Below are positions 54,753-64,000 of a DNA stretch of 64,000 nucleotides, piece after piece. The stretch is from Ptychomitrium polyphyllum (Eukaryota), in assembly GCA_973851085.1 (NCBI GenBank), contig OZ316775.1:16678001-16742000 (forward strand). The letters are read 5' to 3'. The notes under the pieces are model-generated. The model worked only from the letters and a program-made list of their open reading frames with translations, was not told where the DNA came from and ran no database searches. Every line of letters starts with the position of its first letter. Within the stretch, counting starts at the first letter, position 1. The translations under genes were made by a program, and so were the position numbers.

Positions 54753-56567
54753 GGCTGCTGGAGCTCAATACAAGAAGTTAAACCACAAGAGTTACGCAGC
54801 AAGAAGAGATCAACGAAACAGTGAGCTCAATGAGATGATATCAGCTGCGCTCTAGGAGGTGCGAGATCATGTAGACTCGAATGAGGAACTGCGAGAGCGG
54901 CGATGCAGGATGAGAGCGAGGGAGTCGAGCATATGTAGCCGCCACTTGGGCGCCGCCTCTACGGAACCTCACATCCACCAAGACCAGGGACAGATCTACG
55001 AGTTGGCAGATTGCAAGGTCGTGATTTTCAGAAGAGTTTGGCTCATGCGGGCGCCGCCAAGAGGAGATGAACCAAGAGCTGATTCTTGCACCAACTGGGT
55101 GCACACAAGGAGTAGATATGCAGCATATCTAGGCAATACGTGCATTTTTGCATATTTCCTGCGCTGCAGGCTTTGTGGCATTTACACTTAGGAAGCGTGA
55201 CATCATGATGCTGGCAACACTTTTTCTGTGGTGTCTTCTCTTTTTAAGTGGCGATTCCACTAACTGTACATTTCTGTCAATACGCCGGAGCTGTCTCAGT
55301 GCCGGATTGTTGATGAAAGCTGCAACAACTGCATACGGTTTGTATCATACAGGACATATACAGTACGAGTACTTGGCACTTCAGTTGCTTGGTTTTGGCA
55401 AGGTCGGAAAGGGCAAGTTTTGATTATCATGTGGAGGTATGAGCTATCACTAACTTCACACTTGGAGATACATTTCTTGTATGTATAAAGAAAACCTGGG
55501 GGATGTTACACTTTCAGATACTCTACGGATATAAACAAATTTGATATACTATACAGTACTGGTTAAATCCTTCATTAGAAGATGTACAGTGGAGTACATT
55601 GCAGCTGTAGTTGGAGCCTGGGTGGTATGTTATAGATTTCTGAGAAACAAGGGTGACCTACTGTACAGAATGTAACACCACACCCTCGCGGGACGACAGT
55701 ACTCAATATAGTGTCGTTCATGATACTTAGAGAAGATACAGGTTTTTTGTGTTTAAAAAATTTGTTAAGAAAACCGTGGGTTACTGTAGCTATTGCAAGC
55801 GCAGAATGTACCTATTCCCTAGAATAGGCCGCCCTTTGTGTCATATCTTAGTCAGTAGATAATGGCAAAGCAGGATTATACTCCCACTACCTGGTGACTG
55901 TAAGAAATCCATGACAGGAATATACATGATTTTAAACTTACGACTGTAAAATTCCCTTGTGGACTGAAAATTACTATGCTGCGGTATGGGAGTGGTAGAG
56001 TCTATACTATTTAGGTCCTGGTGGCGATTTTAGAAGCACTGTCCTACCAAACTCTTTATTCACATTGGTGTTCAACCCAGAGTTACTCTTCTATTAGAAA
56101 TGGTATTTGCATATGTATGTCTATATATATATATAAAGAATTTCTATAAGTACTATCTTGCTTCTAGTAAGGCAAATGAACATTTTTCATTTTGCTTCTG
56201 GGGCGTGCTTGAAAGTCTGACTGAATTTGTTAATTCACTTTGCATTACTTGAAACAGAAATTTTCAAAATAAGGATAAGATTTACTATGCCAAAGTAAAG
56301 CACCTTACAATAGGCTTTTGATTGAATAATCTTCATCACTTTATGACCTGGTTTCAACTAAGTGATTCAGGCTTTGAATTTGGAATATTCATAGTAGTTA
56401 GCATGTATTATTGTAATGAACAACACCTTCTCAATCATTACTCTAGTCTACAGCATTTGCAGGGTTCATTGTGGGGCTGTCAACATTATGTTTCTCTCCA
56501 AACAGGTGAATCTGCTTATTATCTGACTTGTTACCAACCCCACAGCCTCACTATTATGAAATAATAA

Positions 56568-59500
56568 GGACTTGACCCTACTTGCTTCCTTATTCCATCA
56601 AGAGTAACACCCACCAACAACATCAAAGGACCCTCCCCCACCTTACAGGGAATTGTACAACTTGAAATTACAGACATAAAATCATTGAGCACTTGAGGAA
56701 AGTACATAGGGTCGTTGTCAAATCACTATGAATAAAAGCTTGATGTGAACCTTCCAAAATCTACAATATGCCTGGACATGGATTATTTAAATTCATACAA
56801 TATTACTCAAATGGTGCAAATCACAATACCTGGATCCACTCCACTTGGATATGGACTACATAATTTGTTCATATTCTCAGTTGTCAAAACAAAGTTGCAC
56901 ATTTGGAATGTTGTTTACTTTTAATCAATTAATGCACTGTCAGCAAGTTCTTTGAGTTTTTAACTTACAGGAAGTGTTTGCCACAATAACATGTTAGTTG
57001 GTATTGACTATTGATGGGAAGTCATCCTCTTGCAATATACCTTTGAATGGCCCTCACTTTACATTGGTTTCAAACTAAAAATTAAAATAACCTTCTCTTT
57101 TTCACCAATAACATTTTGAAAGTATATATTTGGAATTGCTTACCTATACAATAAAGTTCAAACTCACTAGGATTTTTGGCATAGTATATTCATTCTTCAA
57201 AATATTGTTTTATTTGTGTCAAGAAACATCATGATTGTGGTTCTTGTTTTTGGACCAACAGGAGGTATTTAGTGATGATTGCTCCTACTAAAATTGTTGA
57301 GAATGGCAGAGCCACAAACTAACCTGAAACCAGGATTTGAGCTCTAAGTTCTACTTTGTTTGACCTTGCATTTGAGGGGCGGGAGTTAACCTTCAAATGG
57401 CAAAAGTAATGCAAAAGGTGTATGTTTTTATTTTCTACTCAATTACTGGATGGCACTTGGAATCATGATCTGCCAAAGTAACAATATGATACTGTTGCTT
57501 AGGAGAGCCATGTTGTATCATCATCACAATTTGAAGCAAAGGCTATAATGTTTAGTCAAAATTAGAGGCTCCATATGCACTCTACAGTGTTTTCCATACA
57601 TGGTGGAGTATCATTCTGCTGGAGAAGTATTTACATAGAAGTCTATATCATGGAAATCGTTAGGAACTTTCTACTGTCACACTGATTTCATTCACCCAGA
57701 ATCCACAACTCAGACTTTAGGGTTGCATGGGAAAGACATGACGCATGTGAACCTCAAATTTCTGCTTGCTAAATTGGGATTTTGTATTTCTCATGTCATA
57801 GGACCTGTCCCTGCAGTGACTGACGAGTTTGGTGCTCCATGGACAAAATTTTATGGGAACATCAACTTTGATACCATGATAATTTTAATGAGCAGAGAAT
57901 GCACTTAAGATAACCTGTTCTCTGCAGCATACAGACTGTGTTTGGCAACAGGCAGACTGTGTTTGGCAGTGGAATGCCACACCTTCCCAAGCTCTGTAGA
58001 TGGATGCCAGTTCACAAGTTACTGGTTTGGTACCCATATTGACAATTTGGGCATGTGGATAATTTCTTACTATCTTTCTCCCTATGCAAAATTAAATTTG
58101 AGTGCAAACTACTTTCAGCCAGTGGGAGAGGAAAACTGGACTGGTGCTTGTGCTTTTACAGTATATTTGCAGTCTTTGTGACAATCATAAAAATATCTAT
58201 CAATACAGTGAGTCTGGAATTTCAGTACCTATTAAATTGAATGATAATCATTATGATGAATTTGCACTATGATCCAATCATGTCTGTATCTGTTTTTATG
58301 CTCAGCTAGATGCATATGTATTGATGGTCTCTCACTTTCTGTGCTCAGTACCTATAAATGTCTTAAAGTCTCTTCACAGCATTAGTATGGAGGGTGTCAC
58401 TAACAAACTTCAATTCACAATTTGACAAGAGCAGACCCTCTTTGTGAATCTGTCTGTGAGTTTTGCTTTCATGCTTTCCTTCCAACAACTCATCATCGTG
58501 GGTTGGCATAATTGCCAAATGATTGATGCTGAAATTTTCCACCTTGCTTAATAATTTAAATTGCACGGTAATTGCTTTCTTAAGAGCTTCTCTAAATATA
58601 TGAAGCAATTCATGAGAAGATAAGTTAGAGTAGGGCAGGAGGTTTGCTTGGCACAATTGAACTTTTATGAAGTGATGAGAAGGAATGTAACCGGACCCTT
58701 GTCAAGTTGTCAGTGACCTTACTTGAAACCTGCACAGTTCTGCAACACAGCCTGTAATCATCTCATATGATTGGTGTCACCATCTCTTTGAACTATTCTT
58801 CCACTGCTCCTCTCCAAGTGCACAGGCACTTGGCCTGCATGAAAGGTATGGTAGGTGAGCAAATTATATACCATGGGTACACTGGAATTCAGGACTTCTA
58901 TGCCATGTCTAGAGTGTTATCCAAGAAGAGCTCCAAAGAATTTCCATGAACAAAGAGTCTCTTGCACTCTGCCTTGGTCCAGAGGGAAAACTAACTTCTG
59001 CACTAGCTTTTGAAGAGAAATGTAATTATCTACTACTTACACAATTCAATTGTATTTTATACTCCCACTGTATTTGCAAGCTAGTCTAGATTTTATATCT
59101 TTTGCAAGTCACAAAATCTAATCAGGGAACAATTCATTTTCCCTCTCTCTCCAAGAAATCTTATGCCTGTACATGTAGGTATAACCTTGATGCAGATTTT
59201 ATGGCTGATTGTTTATGAGGTACAAGTGCAGTGATACAACTCTCTCACCACAATGAATGAGACATTTGTGGAGGAAAGGCCAAGGCATTCCTAAGTTGGA
59301 ACCCTGTTTGGCACATGTATGCCCACTTCATTTGTTCCTGATGACTTTGCCTAGAGTCTGATCACCATAATAGACATCCACAATTAGATGACACCATCTA
59401 TAACTCAGGTCCCATGACAAATCTCTGGACTGATGGTAGCAGAGTATATTTGGACAGGATTGCCTTGCTATGGAATCTTGCAAGCAGACGGAATGTGGCA

Positions 59501-59655
59501 GCAGTACTGCTGGGCTGGATGATTCAGTCCTCAAGTTGGGAATTACTGAGACTGTTGCAGATCCTCATAGCCTTGGTTGGATACAATTACCAGATATTGT
59601 ATGCATGGAGTATTGTCTGGTGGTCAGGGCTTTCATAGGATGCAATGAGCTTTGA
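56568..59655 (+). pseudogene. Heavily decayed LRR receptor-like kinase relic (LRR-I / malectin-like type)
   Basis: Collinear fragments in shifting frames: WERHDACEP (57728-57754), GPVPAVT then TSLVLHGQNFMG (57801-57858), DASSQVTGLVP (58003-58035), TKSNQGTIHF (59111-59140), QILWLIVYE (~59193-59219), GGKAKAFLSWN (~59270-59302), LKLGITETVADP (59530-59565). Also SRVT..NNIKGPSPTLQGIVQLEI near 56600-56670. Many stops. Confidence 0.5.
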
Positions 59656-61089
59656 AATGGTGTAGTAGGTACTTGAAAACTGGTCATCGAACAAAGATAA
59701 AGCCTAGTGTACTTGGGTGGAATCATGCTGTGCAAGAAGATGGATTGACAGGCTCATGTGACCACAATCTATATGCATCCCAAGTACTTCCAGCTAAGGA
59801 AATTGTTTGAGTGGGTGCTAGTGTTGGCCCTACTACATTCTTTATTTTACACAATAAGGGCCACATTATTAGGAGCAATCTTGAAAATACTTCTTGAAAA
59901 TACTTCTATTAACATGGGTGAGCCATTAGATGATCTGTCAATGATGATTCAATTTCAAGATCCCTGAATTGTGATAAAATACTCAGGCAATTAGCTTGAG
60001 ACATTATTCCACCCTTCACTACTTGGATGTTCTGCATACTCACTAAAATATCAAATAAGTATTACAAAAATGAACAGTATCACTAAGTATAGCGTTCTGG
60101 ATTTTAAAAACAAAATCAAGAAACCTCAATTGGTAAAGTTAATTCTGGATTTGTGTTTGAAACCTAAAAGCATACAACTCGGCATAGTTGTAATTTTCAT
60201 TACGTGCATGATTTAATGAATTACTTTAAGCTAAAATCTAATAGAGTAGATCCTGTGCAGGTCTAGTTTGAAACCGATTAGAAACTCAAAAGTGCATACA
60301 AAATCTTAGTATTTTACTGTTAAACATTTTACTACTAATATTTTACTGTCAATATTTTACTTTCTGCACACAAGGGCAAATTCCAAGACTCTAAGCCCAT
60401 CCTTCTAACCATCCTAATCGTCCATAGTGCACTAGTTAGTCTAGTCTCTCGACCGAGTCCAACAGAGGAGGTAGATGCGACGGTGGATTTGTTGCCAGAG
60501 AGAATGTTCATTGGTTTCTCCATAACTATCGAAGTCAACCACAGCTTGAGGCAACCATTCACTCGTTCAGCATTGACAGTAAAATATTAGTAGCTGTTCA
60601 TGCAGATGGCCGCATTTCTAAATGGATTTCGGAGCTTTTCACTGGCTGCAGCTAAGTTGGTGTCAGTTATTCCAGCTCTAACCTGATGCAGTGTTTCCTT
60701 CTGATAAAGGAAAGTGGCGATGCAAACCATAAGGATCTTGCTATCTCTGGTGGGCAGTGGCTCACCTTCCAACCAGGCTTCCAGCTCTGAGTTCACTTTT
60801 ACAGTACACCCTATGGTGTAGAGAAGTAATACATGTATAAACTCGTAATTCTACAATGAAGATTATTGATACATGAGTTGCTTCTTCACACTTGTAAGCC
60901 AGCAGGAAGACTGTTAGCCATAGGTTCCGAAGCATAACTGTTAAGTACATGGCATTCGGAAGCTTGGGATGCAGACGAGTGTCATCTTTAAAACTACAGG
61001 CTAAAACAATGTTTAACAAGGAGGGAATCAAAAAGCAGGTTGCTACGGTTGCTACGGTTTTAATTTTCAAAGACGAGTATCAAAATCAC

Positions 61090-63864
61090 CTACTCACGTA
61101 ACTTTACGAGGTTAATGAGCTTGGAGTATGCACCGTCCTCCTCTGTTATCAAGTCTTTGTGTGTCCCTTTCTCCACGATCTGTCCATCTCGCACCACAGC
61201 TATGGTGTCCGCATTCCTGATCGTGGACAACCTGTACCCACAGCAAGATAGTCACTGGTTTTTAGTTACTCAAGGACATCAAAACAAGATTGAAATGTAG
61301 CTTGAAGTCAACTAAGAATACCACGCTCTAATGTTTGATTCAACCTTTACATAAAGGATATTAAAACTATTCTTCAAGTCCCTCGATGAGCTTCGACAGT
61401 AGAGTCCAAAAGTAAAGAGAGGAAAAACTTGGAGCACCAGATCTGGTTATCAAATTACTTCCATACCCAGTTTGAGTTTGAAAGAATGTTTGCTTAGTTG
61501 AGACTAAAAAGGAATGGTGCCTCGTTTAATTTGCCAGTCATAAATCGTACCCACTTTAAATCACTCTTTGTCTTCGCTCACACGAGTAGGGATGAAACAC
61601 AAATAGAGAGCCAAACTAAGGCAAAGAGAGGGGGAAGAGGGTATTGACGATAATTTTATTGTCTTGTCTGCACGAACTGCTATGACCTGATAGGGTAAAT
61701 CCGCAAAGGACGAAGTCATATGTTTTGAAGTGTATTTTACGAGTCAATTGTGAAGTACCTATGCGCAATGAGAACAGTAGTGCGGCCATGCATGAGCTTG
61801 TCTAGAGCCTCCTGAACAATCTCCTCTGACTGGGAATCCAATGCGCTTGTTGCCTCATCCAACAGCAAGATAGCAGGATCTTTTAGTACAGCTCTGGCTA
61901 TGGCCACTCTTTGTTTCTGGCCACCAGAGAGCTGCAAACCCCTTTCTCCAACCTCTGTTTTGTACCCATTTGGCAAACAACAAATAAAATTGTGGGCATT
62001 TGCAGCCTTAGCTGCCTCCACCACCTCCACATCAGAAGCACCGTCTCGGCCGTATAAAATGTTCTCGTGAATCGTTGTTGCAAACAACGCAGGTTCCTGC
62101 TGAACAAGGGCAATGTGACGCCGCAATGAACGCAATCTAAGCTTCTTGATGTCATGGCCATCAATCTTAACCTTTCCTGTCGTGGGGTCATAGAACCTTG
62201 CAATAAGAGCAATGACCGTGCTCTTTCCTACAGCGCATTACACAGAAATACTTCAAAAATTGGCAGTGTCGTTGTAGTAGAGCAATAACACAACCCACAT
62301 AAATCTAAGCTCAATATTTCTTGTATTAAGTACCAAGCTTTTCTAAGATATGTAGAACATCATATCTTGATTAGTCGATAAGTCAATTAGATGTGGAATA
62401 TTCTCATTCGATGCATGTGGTAAAGCAGTTACACGGCAAGCGATTAAGACGCAGACAGTGATTACCTGAGCCACTGGAACCAACCAATGCAAGACTCCGC
62501 CCTGCATGCACCTTGAGGCTGAAATCCTTGAAGATGACCGTGTCAGGTCTTGAGGGATATGTAAAGTGGATATGCTTCAGGCTTATGTCGCCTCGCATCT
62601 CCAGTACTTCTTGAGCAGTTGAACTTGTGGGGTCGATTTCAGTCTCTCGGTCCAAAATACTGAATATGGATTTCAAAGCCTGCACAATAAGTCATTTCAG
62701 AATCTCATCATTAGAAGGTATTTCGGATAATCTCTTTCAAGAGGATAACCAAGAACTAACAATGAGGGTGATGATAAGTGAAGTACCTAAGTTTAACAAC
62801 ATGTTTTCAATAGGACATCATAAGATATCAGACTAAAGGTGATGGATTAACATACCTGAGAACCTTTCAGGATGTCCGGGGCCATGGTAAGTGACTCCGC
62901 GAGCATGACAGCAGTGACAACCAGCACGATGAAAGTTCGAATTATATTAGAAAAATCGTTAAATCCACCATGGGTGACCAGTGTTGAGGAGTACCACATG
63001 GCCAATCCATACGAGCTGAAAACGCAAAACTGCGACAGCCCATAGCCCAATCCCGCAAGCTGCCCACGATAAAAAGCACGGCGTTTGGGCAAGGCGAGTT
63101 CTCGAATGAAGAGATCCAAGACTTTTTCTTCTGCACAGAAGGCTGCCACTGTGCGGATGTTGCTTACTGCCTCTGTTGCCACCATGCTGGCCCTAGCGTA
63201 TGACTTGGCCAAGTCTCCTCCAAAACCTTTCAGAAAATGATGCTGCATACACCATCATTTCTGATGATGTGATTTACGCGAATGATATACTCTCTAATTA
63301 GCTTTCTTCAAATCATGACATTCCAGACTGTACATGCTAATATGGAATTAACAAACTCACGCATTGGTTGGACCTTTTACGAGCATGCACCCCAAAGGAT
63401 CCTACCCAAATCTTCTATATGTCATTATCAAAACTCAGCGTTATAAAAGACATCTGAAGATTGTACAATCTTTGGATAGACAGCAACATCAAGTAGAAAA
63501 GAAATAAAAACAACAAAAAAACATAAAAATGATTCTTGACTTGCCCATGCGTGATGTCATTTTAGAAATTCAATGAAATTATTCTTGTTCTATGAAGATA
63601 GAATAGGATAGGCAATACTCACCTCACCAATAAAAGCCCCAACCATGAATGGATACGTCGCCAACACCACGAATGCAACTTTCCAGTCCAAGTAGAATGC
63701 AATACCAAAGGCCAGGAACATGAGTGCCAGTGTCATCAGGATCACAGAGGCACGATCACCCACAAAGGCCCTTACAAGCGTAGCATCAACAGACAGACGG
63801 GATGCTACCAAACTGCTGTTATTTTCGTCTTGGTCGAACCAGCCTACCTCTTGACGAAGAATTG
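61090..63864 (-). CDS. ABCB: ABC transporter B family (P-glycoprotein/MDR), 3' portion (TMD2 + NBD2); gene continues past the window end
   Basis: Exons 63864-63623, 63242-62856, 62679-62466, 62227-61759, 61231-61090 (TAG). Motifs [23 protein letters not shown], Walker A GSSGSGKS, Q-loop LVQQEP, signature LSGGQKQR, Walker [14 protein letters not shown]-loop IAHRLSTI. Confidence 0.96.
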
Positions 63865-64000
63865 CTGTCAATTCCAGACCCTGCATCTCGCATTAGTAAA
63901 CATAGTGAATGTCTTTTTAATTAATAAATTTCATGCACCTGGACCAAGATTGTTTTCAAAAGGGAACAAATAACAAGACTGCAAGTCAGGAAGGATAACC

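Noticed and set aside
58363..58656. 97-aa minus-strand ORF
   Set aside because: No recognisable motif; antisense to the proposed RLK relic.

Overview
Eukaryotic nuclear DNA from a land plant, most likely a moss (Physcomitrium-like). This is inferred from intron-containing PsaD, GT-AG introns and gene islands separated by very AT-rich blocks. I assembled the spliced models by hand. Protein-coding genes: a divergent SnRK1 alpha kinase (-), a molybdenum-cofactor-sulfurase-like PLP-fold protein lacking its catalytic residues (-), cytosolic methionyl-tRNA synthetase (-), golgin CASP (-), PsaD (+), an uncharacterised 144-aa protein (-), a secreted BURP-domain protein (-) and the 3' part of an ABCB/P-glycoprotein transporter (-, truncated by the window end). 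Features the ORF track does not show: a tRNA-Gln(CUG); a snoRNA cluster at about 42.0-42.45 kb (U27/snR74-type 18S Am28 guide, an 18S ~U1010 guide, and two weaker candidates); a disabled three-exon UPF0235/DUF167 gene; a heavily decayed LRR receptor-like kinase relic; and a G4T3-type G-quadruplex tract upstream of the MetRS start codon. I found no CRISPR array or intact transposon. Family assignments come from recognised motifs, not database searches.
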